DNA of 64,000 nucleotides, taken from positions 13,919,323-13,983,322 of the forward strand of contig CM119264.1 in NCBI GenBank assembly GCA_051294375.1, in the 5' to 3' direction. This DNA comes from Paraspadella gotoi. Lineage: Eukaryota; Animalia; Chaetognatha. The first letter of the stretch is position 1. Every line of letters starts with the position of its first letter. The translations under genes and the position numbers were made by a program. The notes beneath the pieces were generated by a model. That model was not told where the DNA came from. It searched no databases and saw only the letters and a program-made list of their open reading frames with translations. Below, one piece after another: positions 25,081-39,177 of the stretch.

Positions 25081-28000
25081 AAGAGCTGGGGAATTTCTTG
25101 AACAAAACCAAATTTCTTCTTTAAAAAATTCCATCAGATAACGAGAAACGCCATTCCATTTCATAGGCGGAGAGAAGTTTGAGCTCACACTTTTTTTAAA
25201 ATTATATTGTAAAAATAATACGACTAATTTAAGTATAACGATTACTGATTGAAGCTGTTGAAGCGGCTAACGGGCTGGGAAATTGATTTAATTGTGATTA
25301 ATTCTCCGTTGAAGCTTCTAATGGAAAGTAGAAAACTAACTATAGCGGCTTGCGTCAACTTTGTCTATGAAATAAAGTTCACTCAAAGAAATTAAATACG
25401 AATTTATCGCGATGTTTACTAACATTTTACAACGGACCTTTCAAATAAGATAAGATACGCGAGGCATCGATATCATTTTTCATTGAAAACGCAGTGAATG
25501 TGATAAAAGCTCGTCATTATCAACGGGGCGTAAGGGAAAGGCTTCTCCTTTCGTCGTTTAGTTGAAATTAATATCGCCGGGATGCGATAATGGATTCGCG
25601 GGGATTCTGCAATAATCGCAGCCCGTGGGAATGATAATCGCAGAATGTCAGGAGTTGTGGTGGTAATCGCGAAGCTGGAGAGATGGTCACAGCCCATAAC
25701 AGCGGTCGGCCCAGGGAGTGATGAATAATGTGAGAAAATTGTACGTAATGTAAAATTAGATAAATTAAAGCATTGCATATTAAAGCATCGCATATTAAAG
25801 CAATGCATAAACATCACGGAAATTCTGAGTCATTTTCATCGCGCGTCGTTGCGATGATGTCTCATCAGAGTAAGACGTACAATTGCAAACTCTTAATGAA
25901 TAAAGACGAAATCGTACTGAATCTTACAGAATATGTGACTGTTTAAAAACTATTTAATATCATATAAAACGATATACCAGTTTACCAACGAGCAAATGGT
26001 TATAATTTATTTAAAAATTTTAAAAAAAGGTAAAATTAAAGCCAAGAAAGAGTCTCGACAAAAAAAACCTCGAAGGATGAATCGGATTAAGAAATTTTCT
26101 GACAACGATTCTTCAATCCTTTGCTTACCTTTCCCCATGCCTAACTTTTTCTTTGCTTACTTTTCCCCATGCTTCCCTCCCGAATTTGCTTACCAAACTC
26201 TTTTGCCTACTTTTCCGGTTTCTCACCTATCAAATTCATTCTCAAATATCAGGCCTGGGAAAAAAAAAATCTAGAGATGAGGCAGAGAGAGAGGAGGGGC
26301 AATATATGGGCGTGGCCAGAGAGCGAGAGGCGGAGGTTGCGGGAGTGGGGGTGGGGTCATGAAACTGGCTAGGATGAGTCGAAAGTAGGTGAAGGAGATC
26401 AAAAACGGGCAAGGACGGAATTAATGAGGGGAGGAACATTCCAGATTCGAAAAAAAGAGCGGGGAGGCGGTTCTCAATCTCTTGATTGACATGAAACTGA
26501 CGTGATTAAAAAAGTTTTCGGAAAAAAAAAATGTTTCGGGGATAAGACTCAAAAGTATAAAGCATTAGAAGATTATATTGCTAGTACAAATTTCTTAATA
26601 ATTTCTCTATCAATACACAACGCATTTATTGCTCGCTTCCTGAACTGATTTTGATTCACTTTTTGTGAAACATAAATTGAATATTCAGGAGAGAAAAAAT
26701 TATCAAAATTCACAATTGAACGGGTGAACATCATACATTCGCATGTCGGATTTCAGTCTTTCACTGAAAGACCAAAATATGTTTCTTCGGGTCCCCTGCA
26801 GCTGCGGCGGCGGGAGAAGCAGGGTCATCCTCAGCAGCAGCAAATCCTAATTCCTAAAGAAAGAAAGAAAACCGGGAGTTGTCGCTGAGGCTATTTCCGT
26901 CGACGTCGCTTGATTAAAAGATACTCTTGGTGACACTGCGAAGTTGCAAAGTCCTATCCGAAAAAAAAAAGGAGGCCAAAAGAAGTTAGCAGTAGCACCA
27001 TTACGGAAAGACATAAAATAAAGAAATTAAGAGAACTTCCATCTTTCATGGATTCTTGTGTATTTCCATGAGCCTTCCCTTTTGTTTTGATCTGGAGGGT
27101 TTTATATTTTATCCCCTTTTCCATTTTTTTTTTCTGGTGAATCGCTTCGATTGTCTTTTATTACTTCTGTTTTTTAAGTATCTTTTCTTTTCTTTTTTTA
27201 ATTTTTTCTTTCTTCTAATCATTTCTGGTTTTTTTTTCTTTTTTTCTGAGGCTGAGCAAGCAATGAAAGTTGCCCTTGGATGAGTTGTTAATAAACTCTG
27301 CCCCGACAAATTAGTCGAGGGTGAGGAAGGAAAAAAGAAGAAAAAGAAAAAAAAAAGAAAGAAACTTCATCTTTGCTCCTTTTTATCTTTTTTTTCTCCT
27401 TCGCAGTAATGATGAGAAAATGCGTTTTATTTTTTTTTTTTTCGTTCTTTTTATTGAAACGAAGTGTAACATTAAAACGAAGACGGTATATTGTGGGTAG
27501 GAAAAAGCATTATCTTCGGAAGATTTTTATTAGTTCTTTTAAGTATAGTGATGAGGGGTATTTATAAACGTAGATTATTTCTGGATATGTATGCCGTTTA
27601 GTCTATATAACATTTTATCTGAAAATATGGCTTAACATTTTAAATCTCGTAAAAAATGGTTGAAAAAAATTTTGTTTTTAAAAATTTCTTTGCCATATTG
27701 GAACGAATAAGAAAGCTATCTTGAAAAAAATATTGATATTATATTGCATCAAAATAACTAAATAGACGCTGTTTATCTATTCGATACCTCATCCAGAAAC
27801 ACATAATCCGATCGAAATAAAAGTTGGTTTCCTCGTGACATTTTTCCTTTGACTTCATCATTCGGCGTTTCACTTCAGCGACTCCTTCCTCTGTGGCTCG
27901 GGGCTGTGCAGTGTGCAGTGTGCAAGGCGGGAGAAAAGCCTCGTCGCTAACGACTTCTCTTTATCGACGCTTAATTTAGATTCTTTCCTTTCTTTTTTCT

Positions 28001-28745
28001 TTTCCTCCCTTTCTTACTTTTCTTTTACTTTTGCTTTCCTCCGTTTTTCGCTTATTTAGTTTTTTTTTCTTCTTTTTTTCTTTCTTCCTTTTCTCACTTA
28101 TCTTTTTTCTTTATTTTTCTTTTTCTTTGTTTCTTAGTTTTCTAATTTTTACTTCTTTGTCATTCCTCAGTTTAAACAAGGAAAAAGGAGACAAGTGAGA
28201 AACTTTTCTTTTTAATTTTTCTCCCCCGATTTTTTATTTTGGGGGGGGGGTTGATATTTTTTCAGCATTTTATTAATTGCATTTCTGACTAATACTAGTG
28301 TTCTCTTAAGCTTTTTACCCAATTTGACTATTTCTCTTTACCCTTTCCCCTTTTTGTACATACCACTTTCCACTTCCACCCACTATATTTTTTTCCTTCT
28401 CGATCCTCCGATCATCTTCATCCCTGTTTATCTTTCCCCCGCGCCTCGCCGCTCTCTCCTTCTCATCTCCATTTATTTTCATCTAAAACTTTTTCCATCT
28501 TTTTTGATTATTTTCAGTCGGTCGCGCGTCCCGACCGCGAGGAGGCGCCCTGTAAATCTCGTCCCGTTTTCTCCACCGAATGAATTTTTAATCTTTAATT
28601 TCCTCACCGCTCGATCCATCGATATTCCTTTGGATCGATAAAAAAAGATGCAGTCCCTTCGAGGTTTATGACTTCTCCTTAAATCAGTGATTCATTGTGA
28701 GATAATAAAAAATCTCTCTCTCTCATCTCTTCGTCTCTCTTCTCT

Positions 28746-28787
<42 letters not shown>

Positions 28788-28933
28788 TCTCTCTCTCTCT
28801 TTCTCTCTCTCTCTTTCTCTCTCTCTATCTCTCTCTCTCTCTGTCCTCCTTAATTGACTAACCGTACCCCTTCCCTTGCCAATCATAATGGAACGGTCGC
28901 CAACGTACGGTAACTTATGGCAGCGGCGCCGCC

Positions 28934-28985
<52 letters not shown>

Positions 28986-29766
28986 CTCTCTTCTCTCTCT
29001 CTTCTTCTCTTCTCTCTTTCTCTCTCTCGTTTAGCGAATTTACTGATAATAATCATTCCGCGGGGTTTCCTCACATGCATGTTAAGCGCATAAGCGCGTG
29101 AATCTACGTGTCAATTTTTCGATGATGACGCAATTTTCTTTTACTTCGTCAACCATAATAGTTTTTATGGGCAGAGTGACCTTTGGCGACGAATTCCGTG
29201 GAAATAACCAGGTTTTTTTTATTTTTTTTATTTCGTTTTTTTTTTCCTTTTTTTCGTTTTTTTTCCCTTTTTTTTGTGGAGCGGAATTCAAAGGTCAGGC
29301 AAGGAGACGAATCCGCGTCGACTATTGAATTGTCCAAAAACATTTGGCTAAATTTTTTTTATTTATCAAATCAAAAATTAATTTTAACCAGCAGTGGTCG
29401 ATTATTAGTTTGGTTTTATTTACTAAAATTGCGAGCTGGCTTTTAACATTGAACCAACAAAATGAAATATAAACAATAATCAAAAACTGAACTCAAGTCC
29501 TTTTGTTTGTCTGTTTGTTTGTTTGTTTGTCCTTTTGTTCGTCTTGAGCAAGTCGACTTACCCCCGAATAGATACTTTACCTAGTTTTTCCTACCTTTTT
29601 AATAACAGAAAATTTAATTGCTTCGCCTTGCGCGCGCATTCGTTTTCCTGTTCACGATTCGGCGCGCACACAGTCGCGCACCCTCAACGCACGCAACTTC
29701 ACGACGTTATCCTCGGCGCGCAGGCAATTCCCGGCATAAAATGCGGGAGCGCAGAGATTTTAGACG

Positions 29767-29836
<70 letters not shown>

Positions 29837-29922
29837 ACTTCCTCTCTCTTCTCTCTCCAGCTCTCTCTCTCTCTCCAACTCTCTCTCTCTCTCATCTCTC
29901 CTCTCTTCTCTCTCCTCCTCCT

Positions 29923-29980
<58 letters not shown>

Positions 29981-30687
29981 CTTCCTCTCTCTCTCTCTCT
30001 TCTTTTCTTTTTTTCCAGGGCGTTTTATGGCGCCACATGCCGCAGCGCGTGCCGCCGACTCTTCACAACCAACCATGATATCACAAATCACTCCACTGCT
30101 GGCCGGCGATAATCGCCCCGAGTCGCTCGGCGTTTCGACCGGGGCCAACGACGACGGGGAGGGTTCGAGGCCGCGAGTCGATGGTGAGGGTGGAAGACCG
30201 AGATGGATCGGCCGCGGGGTTGAGGGGCGATTTCGGGCACGGAGCCGGGTAAGGGCGGGGTAAGTATCAGACAGACCGAAGAGAGAAGATGGCCGGATGA
30301 GTTTTAAGGGCTGCGGCCCGAAGCGGATCGAGACTGGACGATCGAGCTCCCGCCCACGATCGCCGCTCAAAACCCGAAAGGTCAGAGGTCAAAAGTGTTT
30401 CGAACCGAAATTGCGCCACCTTGACCGAGTTTTTATGTTTATTGCCGGAGGCGGCCTTCCCTAAATCCGTCGCCGTGAAGTCGGTCGATGAGCGAAGGAA
30501 GAGTCGAGGTAAAGATATTCGAATCGCTGATGAAAATTTATAAGGTATTTTTAAGTTTGACCCGAGTTGCTTTGCAATTTCTTGTTCGTTGATACTACAA
30601 CATAAATCGTGGTCTTCTCTGTTGAATGTTTTCGATTAATTGTTGTTCGCAGAATGTTTTCTGAGTCTGAAACTTATATCTTGATTA

Positions 30688-30814
30688 AAAGCTTGCAGGG
30701 ACCCTCTATATGTCATTATCTTGTAAGAGTGATGGAGACCTTAAACCACCAAAGCCTGTCCAAAGACATATATTTATTAAATGAATGGATTTATATTGGT
30801 TGTACCAATTTCAT
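30688..30814 (+). repeat. Dispersed repeat, copy 1 (inverted copy at 51218-51360)
   Basis: aaagcttgcagggacc..atgtcattatcttgtaagagtgatggag.ccttaaaccaccaaagcctgtccaaag...tttattaaatgaatggat...atattggttgtaccaatttcata is shared with the reverse complement of 51218-51360. Confidence 0.8.
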
Positions 30815-31299
30815 AAAATCGAGATAAAAGAAAATATTCTAATAATTTAACTCTTTTAACTAATGCCTTTAAATTATTCTTACTTCCTCTTATAAAAATA
30901 AGTTTTTCTTCCCGGGTAAAAAAAATGTTTTTTAACAACGAATTCCATCCACAAATTGCTCCCCGAACATCCATCAAAGATTCATCTTCCCGACGACAAA
31001 CGTCACGAATTAAAAAAAAAAAAATTATTCGTCGCGAAGAGAAAAAAAAAGAGAAGGAAACAAATTAATTTACTCGTTCGCAATATTTGCGCTTAATGTT
31101 CTCTTTTGCCTGGGGAATATTAAAAACAACAACAACAACATCAACAACGACGACAACCGCTGAGATGGAAAAAAAATATCGAAAATAAGGAAAACATGAC
31201 AAGCAAGACATCCGCGACAAGAAGGAAGACAACAAGGATGACGTTGATCAAAACCAGAGAGACGACAACGGCGACATCTCACAACTCGGGATTTTTTTG

Positions 31300-31300
<1 letters not shown>

Positions 31301-31372
<72 letters not shown>
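31301..31372 (+). repeat. (TCG)n trinucleotide microsatellite
   Basis: About 24 perfect TCG units. Similar (GTC/CGA)n runs occur at ~39141, 41316, 52394 and 54705. Confidence 0.95.
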
Positions 31373-31373
<1 letters not shown>

Positions 31374-31480
31374 GGGGTTATTATTGGTATTCATTTTAGC
31401 ATCAATTATTCAACCGGGTCTTTCGAGAAGAGGATCGAAAGGGAGAGTTGAGGCCAAGAGGATGGTATAAGGGACTATAT

Positions 31481-31572
<92 letters not shown>

Positions 31573-33419
31573 CTCGAACTCTTCTTCTACTGTTTTTTCC
31601 CCATTGCGGCCGAGGCTGAGTTTTGTTTTTTTCAGTCTCTTCGCGTACGTCCCGCCCCGCCCTCCTTCCCCACCTCCGCCCGACTTCTTCTTCCGCTTCT
31701 CCCCTTCGATCCACTTCTGTTGTTTTTCAATTATCCTAACTTATTTTAATCCCATATGACGGAAGAAGACAGACTTTTCACTTTTTAGGTCCGTCGAGAG
31801 TCGAGTGGAGAATCGTGAGGAAGATGTGGACTGCGGGGTCATAGACGTTTATATAACTATTTTTTACTTATTTTAAATTATGTAAACTTTTCTTAGTTTT
31901 TTTTTTAACGTTCCCATGACTTTTTTTGGTTTTCCCTCTTTTCTTGTTACGGTACAATTATAAATCTAAGTTAACTTTTTCGCTTAGCGAAGTAATTTAC
32001 TCTGCGAAAACTACTTGTTCGCTATGTAAGTACTAAAATGTGAGCCAATCTTAAAAGGAATATTTTTAAAAAAATAAATCATTTTTTCATTTTCACGGTT
32101 CTTCCACATTTCGTTGGCGTGTGACTAGTTTATGGAAAATGGCCCTGACAAATCACCGTTTCAATGTTTCTCCGTAGACTCATACATCATGAGTGCGACT
32201 CACGTTTCTGTGAATCATCACAGACTTTTAATAGTTTTTGTAAATCTTTTTAGTCCCCCAAAAATTTTTCTTCTTCCTCAAATTAGATTCAGATTATTAT
32301 TACAGTAAAGACGAAGTTCACATTGTGACTTAATTATTTGCGCACTTCTCTGCAAATTAATTTGTCAAATTTATCCCTAAAAATTCCACTTTGACCTAAA
32401 CGGAGACATTCTTACTTGATGAATGACGTAAATTCCTTGTCTTCATTTCCGGTATTAATTTGCATTAGAATAATGTTCAATTCATTTTCAGAGTCTAATG
32501 TTCATTCTTCCCTCTTTGGAATTTTTTAATCCTTTCTAACCCGTCAACGCAAAGAGGAAGGGAAAGAGAGACAGATAAAAAGAGAGCTGGAGAGAGGAAG
32601 AGAGACAGAAAGGGAGAGAGAGAGTTTGCGTGCTGGGAAACTAATTAAGACCGAAAAATTAACCCTCCTTCCAGGGAGGGAGTCGACGCAAACTGATGGG
32701 CGATGGAAGGGCGTTGGGTGTGGAAGGTGAACGCGAGAGGAGAGAGTGAGAAAGAAAATGTCACGATTCCNNNNNNNNNNACGAGTTGATTGGTTGAGCG
32801 AAGGAAAATTTCGAGTTTTTATCGACTGATAAAATTTCTACCTTTTATCACAATTTTATTTTGTTTCAATTTTAAATCATCTACAAGCATAATATTTCCA
32901 TTTTTACATTAAATTCCGGAATGGATTTCGGTTCCTATTTTCGTCGGGCGAAAAGAAAAGCTTCGCGAGGGAAAATTTATACTTTTTTTTCGGTGTTTAT
33001 GGTTTTTCATTTCAGAAAGGAGGAAAGGTAAGTTGGCGGAGGAAAATAAAAAGAAAGGGAAATATTTAAGAGGAACAAGAAAGAAAGAATGATTTAACCG
33101 AAGCGAGAAAATAGGAGAAGAGGAAGACCGAGAGGAAACAAAATTATAGAAATTGAAAATATTTAGTGTGAAGGAAAAAATGAGAAGTGGCGAAGAAAGG
33201 TGAAGAAAGGTGTGAGGAAAAGAGAGAAAAGGAAGAAAAAGAAAATGGGAAAGAAGAGCGGTCAGAAAGAAAAAAAGGGAGAGATTATGAAAAAAAAATA
33301 ATGACAGAAAACAAAAAGAATATTCGTTGTACAACCGAAGTAAAATTTCAAACGAAATATAATACACTCAAAAGTAAAAGCGGATTGAGAAAAAAAATAA
33401 AGAGAGAAACAGACATAAA

Positions 33420-33444
33420 GACAGAGAGAGAGACACAGCCAGTC

Positions 33445-33484
<40 letters not shown>

Positions 33485-33644
33485 TTACAGACAGACAGAC
33501 AGACCAGACTGACTTACAGACAGACAGAGAGACAGAGAGAGATAGTCAGACTGACAGAGAGAGAGAGAGAGACGAGAGAGAGAGAGACGAGAGAGAGAGA
33601 AGAAAGAGAGGAGAGAGAGAGAGGAGAGAGAGAGAAGGAGACAC

Positions 33645-33730
<86 letters not shown>
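33420..33730 (+). repeat. (CAGA)n / (AG)n compound microsatellite
   Basis: Direct reading. It is representative of dozens of (AG)n/(CT)n tracts across the window (e.g. 13917-14025, 18734-18815, 29767-30000, 47633-47735). Confidence 0.95.
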
Positions 33731-33731
<1 letters not shown>

Positions 33732-34430
33732 CAAGCACTAATCAAAGAGGTCGGACTGAGGGAAATCCCAATGGAACCGCGATGGAAGAAGACGACGGAA
33801 TCTCGAAATTTAGGTGGGGAATTTCTTTCGATTTATTTTTAACTCTAGAGTCTTTTAACATTCGCCATTTCATTAAGTTTTAATCAATGAATGGAAAAAA
33901 AAGGCGGGAACGGAGGAAAGTCTTCCCTCGGTTTTAATTGAATCATGATCCATTACATTGATTCCTGATTTTTTTTGGGGAGACTTAAAGTAAATGCTTG
34001 AGATTGAAAGAGCATTCTTTGAGAGAGTGATTAGAGTAACCAGCGCTGGAATTCAGTCACACAAGGACTCGCCATCCGGATCCGGGGGAAAAACGATGTA
34101 TTTCCTCAGGTTATGAGTTCCTTTCGTACTTTTCAATTCAAATTAAAAAACAAATGCATAACACAAATCTTCACGGGAAATTTACTCATGCCAAGGATTG
34201 TTTGGTAAAATAAATAAATCTTAGTGTATCTCTGTGAGAGAAACAGTTCGGACCTCCGTGACGATCGACATTCCGCCATTTTGAATCTCAGTTCTTAAAA
34301 GTCTGGGTCTGGTTGTCCGCCAATGGCTTTTTTCTTTTGTAGGGATTTTGTGACCAGCCATCGAAAGAGATTTTCTGTTTTTTTCCCTTTCCTTTCCGAA
34401 AAACGACGCCCTCCTCTCTCTCTCTCTCCC

Positions 34431-34499
<69 letters not shown>

Positions 34500-35451
34500 T
34501 CGGCATCCTCTCATCTCCCAATCGTGCATTATCTTTGAGGGTTTTATGACATTTGTGACATTTGAGGTGCATGAGGATCCAGAACGGAGGAGGAAGAGGA
34601 AAGTAAAAGATGAGAAGAAGCGGCGAACGGGAGGCGGAAAAAATGGCAGAAATCTGAGCGAAAGCGAGGCAGTTTGGTTAAGAAAACAAAAAGCTAACGC
34701 TCTTTGAAATAAAAGAAAAGAAAGAAAACACGGCGTTGATAATTAAAAAAATTAGTTAATTTGAATTTTAATTAACAGAAAACGAAAACTTGGGGAAAAA
34801 AATCGTTAAAATTCTATAAAGAAAGAAACGAGAAACCAGCAAAGAAAGAAAAAAAAAATGAAGCTTGAAACTTCGATCCCACTCGCTCAAGTTCCGGTGA
34901 GTCGAGTCTTTTTTTCAGAAATTTTCTGAGAAATCACTTCTCGTAAATCTCTTTCCAGTGAAATCCTTCCCCTTTCGATGTCATGTCCGATCCCACGCCA
35001 TCGAGAGTCAAGATCCCCATTTTAGAAATATAAAATGTCTACATTTGCGAGGCGAGTTCGCTTCATCGCGTAGAGATAATCGCGATTTTATTTTGATTCG
35101 AAACTCAGAGTCAGACGAGTAAAAAAAAAGATTGAGAGGCGGCGATGCGATAAGGCCGCGCAAAGCTTTCTCTTTGCATCAGTTATTCTCAGCTGGTCGC
35201 AAGTATTTTCCAGGCTGACTGCTGTTATCAAGAATGACGAGACAACTGGACCGAGCATTGTCACGACCGGAAGGTTTACTCGGAGTTGAATACATATAAA
35301 ATAATGCATTATTGTTGACTTTTTGAATGCGTCATAGACTCTGGAATTTAACTAAACCAGTCGATTGTCGCAATCTAACTGATCTCTCACGATTCCCAGC
35401 CAAAGTTGCCATTCTTTCTTCGTGTACTTTGTTATTAAATCCTGGCACTGT

Positions 35452-35549
<98 letters not shown>

Positions 35550-35686
35550 AACATTCATTCAGATTCCCTCCTTGTTATTTCGTCGGTTCGAAAAAAAAAA
35601 CCATCAAAATTCTGGGCTTCAAACATTTTTTTTTATGTTTAGTCACGTGAGTCGAAGAAAATGGCGTCGGCGACGATTGAGAAGAC

Positions 35687-35771
<85 letters not shown>

Positions 35772-36034
35772 ATGTTTTCTTGTTCTTTTCTCGAATTTTC
35801 TTGTCTGTTTCTNNNNNNNNNNNNNNNNNNNNNNNNNTTTCTGTTTTTTTTTTCCTCTCTTTCTCTCCCTCTCCATTTTTCGATCCATTTCTTTTTCTTT
35901 TTTCTCCCCCTTTTTTTTATTTCTTTTTTCTTTTTCCGTGTAAGTGGAATGTATCCCTTTGGACTCATTTCCGCTCGACGTTTCTCAGCGCAGAAGCGTA
36001 GCCCGCGCGTACATCATTTTCTATTTTAAAAAAA

Positions 36035-36120
<86 letters not shown>

Positions 36121-36259
36121 CCACTCTTTTTCCGTCACTCTCTCCCCCTCTTTTTCTTTATTTGTCCCCCTTCTCTCTCTGTCTGTCCCCCTTTCAAGCC
36201 ACATGCGATCGTCTTGATGTCTTGGCAGCGACATTGGAGAAAAACTCTGCAAGTGTAAA

Positions 36260-37381
36260 AAATATTTCGAGTAAATTTGAATCGAGGGAAGTGGTTCATA
36301 TTTAGAGTAAATTTGAAATCGGAGGAAGTGATTCATATTTTGAGTGAATTTGAATCAAAGGAAGTGATTCATATTTTTTGAGTGAATATGAATCGAGGAA
36401 GTGATTCATATTTTGAGTGAATATGAATCGGAGGAAGTGATTCATATTTCGAGTAAATTTGAATCGGAGGAAGTGATTCATATTTCGAGTAAAATTTGAA
36501 TCGGAGGAAGTGATTCATATTTTGAATGAATTTGAATCAAAGGAAGTGATTCATCTTTTGAGTGAATATGAATCGGAGGAAGTGATTCATATTTTGAGTG
36601 AATATGAATCGGAGGAAGTGATTCATATTTTGAGTGAATATGAATCGGAGGGAAGTGATTCATATTTTTGAGTAAATTTGAATCGGAGGAAGTGATTCAT
36701 ATTTTTGAGTAAATTTGAATCGGAGGAAGTGATTCATATTTTGAGTGAATTTGAATCAAAGGAAGTGATTTCTTATTTTGAGTGAATATGAATCGGAGGA
36801 AGTGATTCATATTTTGAGTGAATATGAATCGGAGGAAGTGATTCATATTTCGGTAAATTGAATCGGAGGAAGTGATTCATATTTCGAGTAAATTTGAATC
36901 GGAGGAAGTGATTCATATTTTGAGTGAATTTTGAATCAAAGGAAGTGATTCATATTTTGAGTGAATATGAATCGGAGGAAGTGATTCATATTTTGAGTGA
37001 ATATGAATCGGAGGAAGTGATTCATATTTGAGTAAATATGAATCGGAGGAAGTGATTCATTTTCGAGTAAATTTGAATCGGAGGAAGTGATTCATATTTC
37101 GAGTGATTTTGAATCAAGAGGAAATGATTCATTATTTTGACGTGAATATGAATACGGATGGAAGTGATTCATATTTTGAGTGAATATGAATCGGAGGAAT
37201 TGATTCATATTTCGAGGGAATATGAATCGAAGGAATTGATTCATATTTTGAGTGAATATGAATCAGAGAAAGTGATTCATATTTTGAGTGAATATGAATC
37301 GCAGGAAGTGATTCATATTTCGAGTAAATATGAATCAGAGGAAGTGATTCATATTTCGAGTGAATATGATTCGGAGGAAGT
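36260..37381. repeat. 36-bp palindromic minisatellite, ~31 copies
   Basis: Unit GAGGAAGTGATTCATATTTTGAGTGAATATGAATCG. Each unit contains GATTCATATT...AATATGAATC, a 10-bp perfect inverted repeat with a 7-nt loop. There are no unique spacers. Confidence 0.93.
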
Positions 37382-38131
37382 AAATAACTCCGGGTTTGAC
37401 GTTCAAACAATTGTGTCAAAAAGTGTGAAATTTTTTTTTTGCCGGCAAACGAGTTTCCAAAACTTTTTAAAAAATATATTAACTTTTAAATTCTTTATCG
37501 GTATTTGTTATAGTTTTAATAAGAATTGTTGTAATGTCCAAATTTTGATTTTTTTAAAAAGAAAATAAAGAGCAACTGTCTAACTCTCAATGTCACTTTT
37601 CTTCTTTTTCCTTCGTAAAATTATCTTCCTTTTCTTTCTTGTTTATCCCTTACCCACTCCGGATTTTTTTTTTGCTTAGTATTCTTTCTCTTTCTTAAGT
37701 TTATTCACCCAAAATTATACATCGTTAAAAAAGTTTTCAAAACTACACCTGATTTCCCAAAAATCAGAACTTACTTGAGTACAAAATTTAGATTTTAATT
37801 TAACTAATTTTAATTTAGATTTTAATTTAACGGCACTTAATTGTGAGTTAGTCTGATTTAATTTTAAAATGTTCATTTAATCTATCAATTTTAGCGAAGC
37901 CCATTTAAAACAATAAGAATTGTATCAACTATCAAGATACTCGTTCAATAATCCATTGTCTACAGAAAAAAGGGCAGTAAGAATTTCTAAAGAAAGCAAT
38001 TACATCCTCAATTAACTCTCTTATTGCAATTACATCCCCCAATCTTGGTCTTTCGGTCGTCGTAAAGAAATTTCTCTCTCATTTATTTTCCTCGAAACTC
38101 GGAGTCTAACTTTCTCTCTCTCTCTCTTCTC

Positions 38132-38220
<89 letters not shown>

Positions 38221-39140
38221 CTTACTTTCTTCTTAGTTCTCTCTCCCGCCCTCTCTCGTTCAGTTGAACGATAACCTTTTCTTTTTTTTCGGAAAACTTC
38301 GGGTTTGTTTCCTCCGCAAGTTTTGTCATTCATTTTCTCATTTTTTCCTCCTTTCTTCTCCTCTTTTTATTTTCTTGACAACCGAAGCTTATTTTCTCTT
38401 TTTTTTCCTAACTTTTCCGATGTGCATTTCCCACACCAGTCTTGTCGATTCCGTGCTTGTTTTTCAGCTGTTTTATTTACTTTATTACTATAACTTTTTT
38501 TTAAAATGAATGAATATGTTTTTTGTGCGTTTTTTGTTTCGACCTTTTTTGATGTGAGTAATTGTGCATTCTACGCCGAAAGAAAACAAAAATGCTTTAA
38601 CGTGAGCGCTAAGGTATTTTAAAAGAAATAGTATTGAATTTTTAGTACTTTAATTTCTCATAAAATTCCCCACAGAAACTTAAGAAAACGTCGTTTCTAA
38701 TTTCTAATTTCAATTTGAAGAAAAAAATAAAAAAGAGAAATATTTCACACCGAAATCGAGGAAGGAGATTAATTCACGCGAATTTTTGGCCGAAGGTAAA
38801 ATTGGCCAAAGAAAAATTGGCTCGATACAATAGTGAAGGAGAATCAAAGCATCTTTCATTGATCGTGTTCTGTATTCTTCGTAACATCGCAATTCTGATT
38901 AACCACAAGAAAAAAACTCGACCACGCCAATAGTAGCAGCAACAGCGGCAGCAGCACCGGAGCCAACAGCAAAATTGGCGAAAAATTACAACCTTCTTCT
39001 CGACTACATCATCTTTTTGATAAAAATTGAGAAGTTCATTTTCTCGATCGATTTTTCTTAAGAGCTCTCATCTCATCGAATATTGAAACGCGCGAAGGAA
39101 ATTGAAATCCTCGTCCTAAAAATTCTGATCACATCTAAAA

Positions 39141-39177
<37 letters not shown>

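Noticed and set aside
25810-25880. Hammerhead ribozyme on the minus strand (CTGATGAG...GAAA)
   Set aside because: Stem II cannot form directly after CUGAUGA, and no matching stems I/III or UH site were found.
30725-30770. SECIS element in the dispersed repeat (GTGA...AAA...)
   Set aside because: The 3' GA of the non-Watson-Crick quartet is missing and no selenoprotein gene is adjacent.
36260-37381. CRISPR array (36-bp palindromic repeats)
   Set aside because: Repeats are head-to-tail with no unique spacers, there are no cas genes, and the context is eukaryotic. It is a minisatellite.
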